Source of the DNA: a virus
Taxonomy: Duplodnaviria > Caudoviricetes
Virus record (IMG/VR): IMGVR_UViG_3300005805_000087
Span: 1-63,092 of that record
DNA length: 63,092 bases
Strand: one strand, 5' to 3'
Shown: positions 19,423-28,841 of the stretch, in pieces
How positions within the stretch are numbered: the stretch's first letter is position 1
Layout: each line of letters begins with the position of its first letter
Position numbers and translations under genes: made by a program
Notes under the pieces: model-generated
Seen by the model: only the letters and a program-made list of their open reading frames with translations
Databases searched by the model: none
Told to the model about the DNA's origin: nothing

Positions 19423-21927
19423 ATGGCGATATTACCTGTCAGCCTAGAAGACGTAGAGTTTTTCACGACGCTTGCCAACCCATCTCGCACGTACATCTCT
19501 AGTTCATCTGGTGTAACTGGTTCAATTAGCGTTTTTCCAAGAGGGTCTCGAATTGAAAAAGAAATCCGTCCTCTTTCTAATTTTTCAGTATCATACTTGA
19601 ATGATGATGATATAGAAAACTTTAGAAATGCTGCGCTATCTGAGGCAAAAACGACCTCACTGAGTGGTTCATTTAGCTCGGCGATGGAAGTATATCTTGA
19701 TGAGGTCAATAATCAATCAATATCTGCAAAAAAGCAATCAAAAATTTACATCGATAGGTTTACACCTGGTGTGGATCTTACGAAGAACATGCTAAAAAAG
19801 ATGAATGTCAAAGACATTCTAATGAACTATTATCGCACCAATTATCCCACAGCTAATTGGGGATATACTAACTACAATACGTTGAATTTTTTTACTGCGC
19901 CTGGTGTGACTACTTCGTCAGTGTTATTGTATCCTAATATAGAAAACACCAATGCGCCAGCGCATAATGGGTACGTTACAGGAGCGTACGCATTATCAGG
20001 TGCTTTTAGTTTTGATTTTAGAATTAATCCACGCTACAAGGTGGATAGTACCGATGGTTCGCATTTCAAAGCTGGAACAATTTTCCATCTTTCTTCAAGC
20101 TATGCCTTATCTTTGATAACAGGTTCTCATAAAGATGAAAATGGCTTGCCTGCTTCATTTAGGCTACAATTACAACTTAGCCATTCTGCAGATATTGCAC
20201 CTTCAAAAGCGATTCCGGGTACATATCCAAATAACTTAATTTTCTTATCTGACGATAATGTTTTAGATTGGAATAATTGGCATCGCGTCGTCGTACGATG
20301 GGGTACCAATGCTATCAATGACGGTACGGGTTCTTTCAATATCGATGGAGTAGATAGAGGTACATTCGTCATTTCATCAGGGACGATAATGCCAAAAGTG
20401 TATTCATCCCCCGCACGAAATCCAGATGTTCTTAGTATAGGAAATTTCTATGAAGGAATAAACCAAAATTCTTCTTCTTTATCTTATTTCTTTACTGACA
20501 TTGTTAAAGAAAGAGAAGGCTTAGAAGAATTAGAAAATACAGGCGGTAACTATGATCATCCTTTAACGAGCTCTTTTAAGCACCCGTTAAAAGCAGAAGT
20601 TCATGAACTTGTAATTCACAGAACGTACTTAACCAATCCACAAATTTCTGCGTCCATGAAAAATGGATTAGCGAATGTCGATCCAGAAAAGCATGCACTC
20701 TACATTCCTCCATTTTTTGTTTCTTCTACACCAATCCGCAAGTATACAGCAGCTCCGCTAATGGGTGGTACTGCTTATGGTGGGGTTCTACAGACACCAT
20801 TTTTTGCGATAGATGGATCTACGGATGATCCGTTCAACGTCGCGATGTCATTTGGCGTTAATGGTCACTATATTAACCTTGAAAACTTTGTCAAAGATTT
20901 TGTTAATGAAGTTTTTCCAAGATTACATCACTTATCTGCGACCATCATTGATTACACATCCTCTGTACAAGAAGCAAACAAATTTTTGTATGATGATCCG
21001 AGCGTCAAAAAGAGAAATTTGACGATTCTACCATGCGATGATGGAAATTTTTATCCAAACTATGGATTGCTATCTTCAGAAACAACGAATAAATTTGTAG
21101 ATTATCTTGGTAGAGTAGACTTTTCAATAATCAACCTTGACAACCTATTAAGCACTGCATCTCTATTGTTCGGTAAAACCTATGATTCATCGACCGGTAG
21201 TGAGTTCATCGAACAACAAATTGGATTTTCTCCTGAGCAGCCGGGTCTAATTCCAGGACCAGCAATATTAAACATCAAAAATAATATAGCTAGTACTATT
21301 GCGACCGATGAAGGTGCATACGGGCCTGGCGTCCAGCGTGACGTTTCTTTAGCAATATATCAAAGAACGAAAGATCCATCATCAAACCAAGTAACTCTTT
21401 TCAACATCAGTAATCTTTATTACGGTAGTAGAATTCTACCTGGATCTTTTGAATTAAAAGATAGTGACCTCTCTGGTTCGTCAGGAAAAATTTCTATAAC
21501 GCTAAAAGATGATGGATTTGGAAATATCTACAGAGCAGACGCATTAACTCCTCATGCCGAGCAATCTTCTGTTGGTAATATTTTCTACAACGAAGGTGTT
21601 GTTCTTATTAAAAGTCCTCATCTTTATTTCTTTGGTAAAGAACAATATGAGATGTCATTTGAGGGAGAACATCAACTTCATACTTCGAAATATGATATTC
21701 TCGCGCCAAGCGGTCTTTTAAATTCATCTTCTAATCCAACTTATGCCCGTGTCGAAAATGCGATTTCTGCTTCAGCTAATCCATTAGATACAAGCAAATT
21801 CGTTTACATCTCTAACATTAATTTTCATGATGAAAATTTGAACGTAGTCGCGAAAGCTGTTCTTGCTCAACCTGTCATAAAGAGAGAAGAAGAAAAGATT
21901 CTCTTCAAGGTCGCATTCGACTTCTGA
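19423..21927 (+). CDS. Putative baseplate/virion protein with LamG-like segment
   Basis: WHRVVVRW...FNIDGVDRG is LamG-like; C-terminus YISNINFHDENLNVVAKAVLAQPVIK...FKVAFDF parallels 18155. Confidence 0.55.
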   Translation: MAILPVSLEDVEFFTTLANPSRTYISSSSGVTGSISVFPRGSRIEKEIRPLSNFSVSYLNDDDIENFRNAALSEAKTTSLSGSFSSAMEVYLDEVNNQSISAKKQSKIYIDRFTPGVDLTKNMLKKMNVKDILMNYYRTNYPTANWGYTNYNTLNFFTAPGVTTSSVLLYPNIENTNAPAHNGYVTGAYALSGAFSFDFRINPRYKVDSTDGSHFKAGTIFHLSSSYALSLITGSHKDENGLPASFRLQLQLSHSADIAPSKAIPGTYPNNLIFLSDDNVLDWNNWHRVVVRWGTNAINDGTGSFNIDGVDRGTFVISSGTIMPKVYSSPARNPDVLSIGNFYEGINQNSSSLSYFFTDIVKEREGLEELENTGGNYDHPLTSSFKHPLKAEVHELVIHRTYLTNPQISASMKNGLANVDPEKHALYIPPFFVSSTPIRKYTAAPLMGGTAYGGVLQTPFFAIDGSTDDPFNVAMSFGVNGHYINLENFVKDFVNEVFPRLHHLSATIIDYTSSVQEANKFLYDDPSVKKRNLTILPCDDGNFYPNYGLLSSETTNKFVDYLGRVDFSIINLDNLLSTASLLFGKTYDSSTGSEFIEQQIGFSPEQPGLIPGPAILNIKNNIASTIATDEGAYGPGVQRDVSLAIYQRTKDPSSNQVTLFNISNLYYGSRILPGSFELKDSDLSGSSGKISITLKDDGFGNIYRADALTPHAEQSSVGNIFYNEGVVLIKSPHLYFFGKEQYEMSFEGEHQLHTSKYDILAPSGLLNSSSNPTYARVENAISASANPLDTSKFVYISNINFHDENLNVVAKAVLAQPVIKREEEKILFKVAFDF

Positions 21928-21931
21928 TTTT

Positions 21932-22336
21932 ATGCCTAAAAAAACTCGCAGAAGAAGACGCCGTAAAGGTGGACGCTATCATCGAGGCCTGCATGTGTCT
22001 CCTACAGCGGGAGAATGCAAATTTCGTTCTTCATGGGAGCAAAAATACATGATCCATTTGGACGCGTGTAGTGACGTCGCATCATGGACATACGAAAAAC
22101 TCGTCATCGAATATGTCTCTAACCAAAAAACAAAAAAGATTAGAAAATACTATCCTGATTTTTATGTTGAATATGTCGATGGAACAAGACAAGTAATAGA
22201 AATCAAGCAAAAGCGAAAACTTTTTCAAGCGACAGTTAAAAAGAAAACAAAGGCTGCTGAACAGTGGTGTGCTATTAACGGAGCCACATACAAAATATTA
22301 ACAGAAATAGAGTTAAAAGACATGGGTCTACTTTAA
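21932..22336 (+). CDS. T4 gp4-like head completion nuclease (TnsA-like PD-(D/E)xK fold)
   Basis: FRSSWEQKYM, WTYE..VIEY, KYYPDFYVEY, IEIK. Confidence 0.8.
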   Translation: MPKKTRRRRRRKGGRYHRGLHVSPTAGECKFRSSWEQKYMIHLDACSDVASWTYEKLVIEYVSNQKTKKIRKYYPDFYVEYVDGTRQVIEIKQKRKLFQATVKKKTKAAEQWCAINGATYKILTEIELKDMGLL

Positions 22337-22379
22337 GAAGATTTTACTAAAACCATTCTCGATTAACAATAACCTATAC

Positions 22380-22949
22380 ATGAAGTTAATCCTTGGCCTC
22401 GATGTCTCGACCTCCATCACGGGGGTCTGTATCCTTAACCCGATAATCCCACCGGACGTGAAGGGTTCTCACATTGCATACCTCGACCACATCGAGTTCA
22501 AGAAGTGTAAGACCATCTGGGACAAGGCCGACGTCGTCGCCAATGAGTTCTCCAATTTCTTACATACCCATCCAGGTGAGTATCGGGTCGTCCTTGAGGA
22601 ACCGTTGATGGGGTTTCGTACAGGAATGTCTTCCGCCGCGACCATCACGACCCTCATGAGGTTCAACGGCATCGTGTCGTACATCGCACGCGAGATATTC
22701 AAGGTTGATCCTGAGTACATCGCGTCGTCGTCGGCAAGAAAGACCTGTGGAGTAAAGGTACAACGTACGTCAATTGCCGGTATGTCTGGCAAGGAGCAAG
22801 TGTTTAAATACATGGCGGAACATGACCTGTCTCACGTCACCTGGCCAAAGAAAAAGAATGGGTCTCCTGTGGACTGGAGCCGGGATGCGACAGACGCATA
22901 CGTGATCGCTCGAGCTGCGATGATTTCAGGTCCTGTGAAAAACGACTGA
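22380..22949 (+). CDS. RuvC-like Holliday junction resolvase
   Basis: ILGLDVSTSITG, VVLEEP, DATDAYVIA acidic catalytic pattern. Confidence 0.8.
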   Translation: MKLILGLDVSTSITGVCILNPIIPPDVKGSHIAYLDHIEFKKCKTIWDKADVVANEFSNFLHTHPGEYRVVLEEPLMGFRTGMSSAATITTLMRFNGIVSYIAREIFKVDPEYIASSSARKTCGVKVQRTSIAGMSGKEQVFKYMAEHDLSHVTWPKKKNGSPVDWSRDATDAYVIARAAMISGPVKND

Positions 22950-22970
22950 CGGATAGGTTACAATGAGTTC

Positions 22971-23948
22971 GTGGTCGTCTCACTCACGGACAAACTGAAG
23001 TTCTACGAGTCCATCTTCGGTCGCGGACGTCTGTCCGGGAACGGGAAGAACTTCGATGTTCGGTGTCCCATCTGCGCGCCGACCGATCCAACGAAGAAAA
23101 AATTGGCGATTCGCACATCAGATGATGCCAATCACTGTTGGACATGTGGCTGGAAGGCACGAAGCCTCGCTCCTTTATTGCGGAAATATGGGACACAAGA
23201 ACACCTGAATCTTTATCGGGAATTAACTGGTCAAGGTGGAAGTATCGGCGTAGTAACTGCAGAAGTTGAAACAATACAGAAGATTGAGCTTCCAAAGGAC
23301 TTTCGATTATTGGCACTAGCTTCAGAACTCGACCCCGATGTCAAGGCAGCGTGGAGATACGTTTATTCCCGTGGATTGACGGATCGTGATGCATGGTACT
23401 ACAAGTTTGGTATTTCAGATGAACATCGGTGGAAGCGCCGCGTCATCATGCCGTCGTTCGACATGAACGGCGAGTTGAACTACTTCGTCGCCCGGGCGGT
23501 GGATAAGAACAAAAAACCAAAGTACGACAACCCTGACGTTGATAAGAACCCGATCGTCTTCAACGAGATAAACCTAGATTGGAATAAAAGACTTGTGCTC
23601 TGTGAGGGCCCATTCGATCTTGTCAAATGTCCAGAAAACTCGACTGCTCTGTTGGGGTCTGACCTGGATGAACGACACGAGGTTTTCAACAAGATACTCC
23701 TACATGGAACTCCGGTCGCTCTTGCCCTTGATGGAGACATGTGGTTTAAGAAGACCCCAAGGATCGTTAAGAAACTTCAAGAGTACAATGTCGATGTAGT
23801 GGTAGTCGATGTCCGACCTTGGGGAGACCCAGGTAGTATGTCGAAAGCCGAGTTTGAGAAAGCTCTAGCAGATGCCAAACCGTTTGAGTGGGAAGATAGA
23901 TTCGCTAACAGGCTTACCAAAGCAGCAGAAACTAGCTTTAGATTGTAA
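22971..23948 (+). CDS. DnaG-type (gp61-like) DNA primase
   Basis: Zn finger CPIC...HCWTC; YVYSRG; TOPRIM motifs LCEGPFD and ALDGD. Confidence 0.85.
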   Translation: MVVSLTDKLKFYESIFGRGRLSGNGKNFDVRCPICAPTDPTKKKLAIRTSDDANHCWTCGWKARSLAPLLRKYGTQEHLNLYRELTGQGGSIGVVTAEVETIQKIELPKDFRLLALASELDPDVKAAWRYVYSRGLTDRDAWYYKFGISDEHRWKRRVIMPSFDMNGELNYFVARAVDKNKKPKYDNPDVDKNPIVFNEINLDWNKRLVLCEGPFDLVKCPENSTALLGSDLDERHEVFNKILLHGTPVALALDGDMWFKKTPRIVKKLQEYNVDVVVVDVRPWGDPGSMSKAEFEKALADAKPFEWEDRFANRLTKAAETSFRL

Positions 23949-23960
23949 TAGTTATAGTCC

Positions 23961-24923
23961 GTGAAGAAGTCAGTTGTTATTACAGAAGCCCGTCTTAGAG
24001 AGATTGTTCAAGAAGAACTTTTTCGTAGTTATCTTATTGAAGAAGGTCTTTGGGACGATGTTAAAGGTGGAGTAAAAAAACTTTCAGCAAAGGTCACAGC
24101 GAAGTTTAAATCTCTCGCTACGGACTGGGCGTCCGTCATAAAAGAAAAAATTGATGAACTAGGTAATCTTCCTGAAGAAACTGCGCTTATTATCAGCGCT
24201 GTAAAATCTGCGACAAAAGAAACTGGCGAATCTATACCAATGGATGCCGCGTTATCCGCAGCAAAAGAACTTGGAAAAATTGATGCTTTGTCAGTCGCGG
24301 AATCAGATTTATCTGGGCCTATTCATGATGAAGCTGCGGCACTATCAGAAGCCTATGTCGTGCTCAACAACAAGGGCTATACCCAGCGCAAGGAGCAGTT
24401 AAACGAATTTGGAATTGTTACTGCAGCCGGTATCGGACTTGCACTCATCGGTGGATTACCTTTGGTGTTTAAAGGATTAAAAAAGCTGGCAGCAGCTTTA
24501 AATGCGCAAAAGACCGCTGAGCTTTTTGAAAAAGCGTATGTAGTGACTCATGCGCTTGAGCAAAAGACAATTGATTATGTCGTACCCGATATGCTATCAT
24601 ATCAGGTCTATAAGCTTCTTAATGAAAAAGGTTTTCACGTAACGGGAGAGCAAACCCTTCTATCATATGAAGATTACAAGTCTGATGCTGATGCTACCGG
24701 TGCGAGAAAAAAGACCGATGATTTAATCTACAAAGCGATTCTTATCGCATTCGCTATAAATGGTCTCATTGGTGTATTGAAAGCTGGCGCATCAATGCTT
24801 GGTTTTGTTGAAGGCGCAGCGACTGCTGTTAAGGGTGTTGAAGTCGGTCAAGGTGCAGCGACTGTGGCTCGTATCGTGACCGGCGCAGAAGCAGCTGCAA
24901 TCGCTGCCGCAGAAACTGTTTAA
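23961..24923 (+). CDS. Hypothetical protein with shared N-terminal leader and two hydrophobic segments
   Basis: VITEARLREIVQEEL leader; hydrophobic GIVTAAGIGLALIGGLPLVF and AILIAFAINGLIGVL; ATAGTTA at 23948. Confidence 0.65.
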   Translation: MKKSVVITEARLREIVQEELFRSYLIEEGLWDDVKGGVKKLSAKVTAKFKSLATDWASVIKEKIDELGNLPEETALIISAVKSATKETGESIPMDAALSAAKELGKIDALSVAESDLSGPIHDEAAALSEAYVVLNNKGYTQRKEQLNEFGIVTAAGIGLALIGGLPLVFKGLKKLAAALNAQKTAELFEKAYVVTHALEQKTIDYVVPDMLSYQVYKLLNEKGFHVTGEQTLLSYEDYKSDADATGARKKTDDLIYKAILIAFAINGLIGVLKAGASMLGFVEGAATAVKGVEVGQGAATVARIVTGAEAAAIAAAETV

Positions 24924-24952
24924 TTGAACAATATCATAAACTGTTGTATGTT
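24924..24952 (+). promoter_or_regulatory. Putative sigma70-type promoter
   Basis: TTGAAC-N17-TATGTT just upstream of the SbcCD fusion. Confidence 0.35.
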
Positions 24953-24963
24953 TTATTTGAAAC

Positions 24964-27900
24964 ATGCTACGAATTGCCCATACGGCCGATGTCCATTGGC
25001 GAGGATTGAGCCGACATGACGAATACCGTGAGGTATTCACCGCCTTTATTGAAGATTGCAAGAAGAATAAAGTCGACCACATCTTCATCGGTGGCGATAT
25101 CTTCCATACCAAGACGACAGGAATTTCACCTGAGTACATCGAACAACTCACCTGGTGGCTCGAGTCGATGGCAAAAGTCGCCCCGGTCCATCTCACACTG
25201 GGAAACCACGATGGTAACCTTGTTAATCTATCTCGTCAGGATGCGGTATCTCCTATCGTTCAAGCATTGGACAATCCGAACATCCACCTTTATAAGAAGA
25301 GTGGAGTTTATGAGTTTCATCCTGGTTATACGTGGTGCGTCTATTCTCTCTTCGATGAAGAAGGTTGGCCACAGGTTGTTCCGCAGTCCGACAAGGTAAA
25401 CATTGCATGTTATCACGGTCCCGTTCAGGGCTCTGTAACCGAAGTAGGTTGGGAGATGGAGGGAACGAAGGTAGAATTCTTTAAAGACTATCCATTCGTT
25501 CTCCTTGGTGACATCCATCAACTCCAACACCTTGGATATAGAGACACAAAAGATGGAAGCAAAAAGCCGTGGATCTCTTATCCTGGAACACCAATCCAGC
25601 AAAACTATGCTGAAGATTTAAACCACGGTTATCTTCTTTGGGAAATTGAATCGATCGACGACTGGAACGTCGAGTTCAAAAAGCTTCCGAATCCAAAGCC
25701 ATATGTTACACTTCAGTGGAACGGTACAGCAGAGGATTTAATTTCGTCTGCATCACAACATCCTGATGGCTCTCGGTTCCGCATTAGGTCTACAGACGCC
25801 CTGGGTCAAAAAGACTTTAAAGCAATTAGTGACGTTTTGAAAGGCAGGAAGCAGGCAACCGAGATTACGTTTAAATCAGACTTTGTCGTTGATAAGTCCG
25901 TCGTCAAGACAGGGACCGCGACACTCGGCAAAGCTGACCTTCGTAATCCTGATGTTCTTCTTAAGCTGATTAAGGATTATTATTCCACAGCACAGATAAC
26001 TCAACACGAATGGGATACCGTCGCTGACAACGTTAAGTCCTATCTTTCTACAGTTACTGCGACCGAAGAAACAACACGCAATTCGAAGTGGTCGCTTCGT
26101 TATCTAGAGTTTGATAATATGTTTGCCTATGGCCCTGGCAATGCGATTAATTTTGATAAGTTGAATGGTATCGTTGGAGTCTTTGGTCCAAATCGTATTG
26201 GTAAGTCTTCCATTGTCGGTACATTGATGTATTCTCTCTTTAACGCGACTGATCGTGGGCCGATGAAGAACATCCACATTTGTAATATTCGAAAGCCATA
26301 CTGCTCTTCTAAAGCAATAATCAACCATGATGGAACAGATTATGTCATTGAACGTCAGACCACGAAGAGTGAAAGCAAGAAAGGCGTTTGGTCTGCAACT
26401 ACTGCGCTGAACGTCTTTAGAATTAGAGATGATGGTGAAGCTGATGATCTGGCTGGAGAACAAAGAACAGATACCGAAAAGGTTATTCGTTCTCTTATTG
26501 GCAATCAAGAAGATTTCATGATGACTTCTTTGTCAGCGCAAGGAGAAACGAATCAATTTATTTCTCAAGGATCAACAAAGCGCCGCGCGGTCCTATCCAG
26601 ATTTTTAGATCTCGATATCTTCGATAGAATGCACGAGATTGCAAATAAAGAATTGAGCGGATTAAAATCGCAATTAAAGAGTTACCCAGACAGAGACTGG
26701 GAATCGATTCTTGAACAAGAAAAACTATCGATCGATTCTGCCAGTAATGAAATTGAAAACATCATTAATAAAATCAAAGAAAAGCAACTCAAATTATCTG
26801 AACTACAACACGAACTTGCAAAGCACAAAGATATAACGCCAGTTACAAAAGCTCAAGTTGAATCATTCGCAAAGCAAGTAGCGACCTTAGAACAGAAGTG
26901 TAAGTCTTGTAGTGAAGAAATTTCTAGACTAGAAAGCGAAATTGAAGAACACAATAAAAAGCTAGAGACTATCAAGGAAGTTAAATCTGAAAATGATATT
27001 CTTATTCTTCGAGCCCGCGATGCAGCATACAAGAGCCTTGAATCATCTTTGGCTTCTTTGAAGCATGTTTACGAAAAAGAAAATACTCAGCTTCTACAAT
27101 ATAAAAAATCTTTGAAAATTCTTGATGAGGTTCCTTGTGGAGATGATTATCCGACCTGCAAGTTTATTAAAGATGCACATATTAATAAAGGTAAATTAGA
27201 AGATCAAGAAGCAAAAACAAAGTTGGCACAAGAAAAGCTTGCTGAAGCGGAGGCAGCGTTTGTTGAACTTGAAAAAGAGAATATTCCAGCCCGTCTTGAA
27301 AAGATGGAACGCCTTCTTGAATTAGAATCAAAGATGCTGCTGGAGGTTTCAAGGAAAGAAACTGAACTCGCAAAGGTTAAGTCTTCTTGTGGCGCTCAAT
27401 CAACTGACTTGACAGCTGCTAAGGAACGATTGGCGCTTCTAGAAGAGGCTCTAAAAAATGAAGAAAATGCTGAGGCTGTTTCCATCAAGTCTAATATCGA
27501 TGAAATTTCTAAGGCAATAGATGATCTAACTACAGAAAAACTGGAAACAGCGACCAAGAAAGGTAGATTGACTGCGACCTTAGAAAAGCTGAAGGAAGAA
27601 AAGTCTCTTCGCGATGCCCTTCTTGAAAAGATGAAAGTGCATGAACTTGTCACAACAGCCTTTTCTAAAAAAGGTATCCCTCTCATTATTACAAAATCTC
27701 AGTTACCTCTTATTAATGCGGAGATTGCAAAGATCCTTCATGGCATCGTAGACTTTACTATCGAACTTGAAAACGATGAAGGATCTGATTCATCTGAGAT
27801 CTATATCAACTACGGAGATTCTCGGCGTGTTATTGAGCTCTGTTCTGGAATGGAAAAGACCATCTCGGCCTTGGCCATAAGAGTTGCAATGATCAACGTT

Positions 27901-28128
27901 TCTTCTCTACCTAAGCCTGACATTTTTATTATGGACGAAGGCTTTGGTACTTTAGATGATGCTGCTGTAGAAGCCTGCAATAGGCTATTGACATCCTTAA
28001 AGAGATATTTCAGAGTCGTTGTTGTTATTACACATGTCGATGGAATAAAAGATATAGCTGATTATATGTTGGAAATTACAAAAAACGAAAAAGATTCTAA
28101 GGTCACTTATGGTATCGATGATGAGTGA
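24964..28128 (+). CDS. Fused SbcD(Mre11/gp47)-SbcC(Rad50/gp46) nuclease-ATPase
   Basis: Phosphoesterase motifs ADVH, GGDIFH, GNHD, GDIH; then Walker A GPNRIGKS, Q-loop SAQGE, coiled coil, signature CSGME, Walker B IMDEGFGTLD, ITH, all in one frame. Confidence 0.9.
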   Translation: MLRIAHTADVHWRGLSRHDEYREVFTAFIEDCKKNKVDHIFIGGDIFHTKTTGISPEYIEQLTWWLESMAKVAPVHLTLGNHDGNLVNLSRQDAVSPIVQALDNPNIHLYKKSGVYEFHPGYTWCVYSLFDEEGWPQVVPQSDKVNIACYHGPVQGSVTEVGWEMEGTKVEFFKDYPFVLLGDIHQLQHLGYRDTKDGSKKPWISYPGTPIQQNYAEDLNHGYLLWEIESIDDWNVEFKKLPNPKPYVTLQWNGTAEDLISSASQHPDGSRFRIRSTDALGQKDFKAISDVLKGRKQATEITFKSDFVVDKSVVKTGTATLGKADLRNPDVLLKLIKDYYSTAQITQHEWDTVADNVKSYLSTVTATEETTRNSKWSLRYLEFDNMFAYGPGNAINFDKLNGIVGVFGPNRIGKSSIVGTLMYSLFNATDRGPMKNIHICNIRKPYCSSKAIINHDGTDYVIERQTTKSESKKGVWSATTALNVFRIRDDGEADDLAGEQRTDTEKVIRSLIGNQEDFMMTSLSAQGETNQFISQGSTKRRAVLSRFLDLDIFDRMHEIANKELSGLKSQLKSYPDRDWESILEQEKLSIDSASNEIENIINKIKEKQLKLSELQHELAKHKDITPVTKAQVESFAKQVATLEQKCKSCSEEISRLESEIEEHNKKLETIKEVKSENDILILRARDAAYKSLESSLASLKHVYEKENTQLLQYKKSLKILDEVPCGDDYPTCKFIKDAHINKGKLEDQEAKTKLAQEKLAEAEAAFVELEKENIPARLEKMERLLELESKMLLEVSRKETELAKVKSSCGAQSTDLTAAKERLALLEEALKNEENAEAVSIKSNIDEISKAIDDLTTEKLETATKKGRLTATLEKLKEEKSLRDALLEKMKVHELVTTAFSKKGIPLIITKSQLPLINAEIAKILHGIVDFTIELENDEGSDSSEIYINYGDSRRVIELCSGMEKTISALAIRVAMINVSSLPKPDIFIMDEGFGTLDDAAVEACNRLLTSLKRYFRVVVVITHVDGIKDIADYMLEITKNEKDSKVTYGIDDE

Positions 28129-28432
28129 ATGGCAAAAATATACAAACAATAGAAAAATTTTGCGTCGGGAAAATCATGTATTGATCGTTCCAGAAGCCTA
28201 TACAGCGCAGTCAATAGAAATGCCTTTGTTTTGTGATGTTTGCGGTATTCGCTTCGGCCACATGGAAGATGAAAAGTCATACCAGAAATTTAAATGTTGT
28301 TCTTCGTGCGCAAATACTTGGGCATATTCTCATAAAAAAGAATGGGAAGAAGGTTGGCGTCCTTCGAATGAACAAATTGAAAAAGCTATTGAGAAAAGAC
28401 TAATAGTCAATCCAGACTTGGTCTTTGAGTGA
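28121..28432 (+). CDS. Hypothetical Zn-finger protein
   Basis: CDVC...CCSSC; overlaps the upstream stop. Confidence 0.6.
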   Translation: MSEWQKYTNNRKILRRENHVLIVPEAYTAQSIEMPLFCDVCGIRFGHMEDEKSYQKFKCCSSCANTWAYSHKKEWEEGWRPSNEQIEKAIEKRLIVNPDLVFE

Positions 28433-28463
28433 AGAACCGTTATATTTAGATGTGGAGACATCT

Positions 28464-28841
28464 ATGCCCAAGATTGATTACAACGCACTCGGCCAAGCCC
28501 TCGACACCTCCTGGGGTCGTACATCAACACCTAAGACCGCGTCATATTCTGTTAAGTTTAAACTGGCAGGTGATGTATTGACGGCGTCATACCAAGCGAT
28601 CGTAAACTTTGCTTCTGAAAAAGAAATGATCGTGATGTATCGTAACTATGAGCAAGAGTCCATAGACGTGATCAACGCAGTTTTGAAAAACGTCAAAGCA
28701 GTGTACAAGGATCTTACAGGTGAAACTCTTTCTACAAAAGAGCATGGAACAAACTCTTCTGTCGAGGTCATTAATTTTAACGTCCATAATCCAAAGCGGA
28801 CAGCCTACTTCCGCAGGAAGACGGCGTTCGAAATAGCCTGA
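28464..28841 (+). CDS. Hypothetical protein immediately upstream of terminase
   Basis: GGAG RBS and ATATTTA (28442) before ATG at 28464; stop overlaps the terminase start. Confidence 0.65.
   Translation: MPKIDYNALGQALDTSWGRTSTPKTASYSVKFKLAGDVLTASYQAIVNFASEKEMIVMYRNYEQESIDVINAVLKNVKAVYKDLTGETLSTKEHGTNSSVEVINFNVHNPKRTAYFRRKTAFEIA

Noticed and set aside
21932-22949. Tn7 TnsA or a Cas/TnpB RuvC mobile element
   Set aside because: Size, motifs and context fit a gp4-like head completion protein and a stand-alone resolvase; no transposase or array is present
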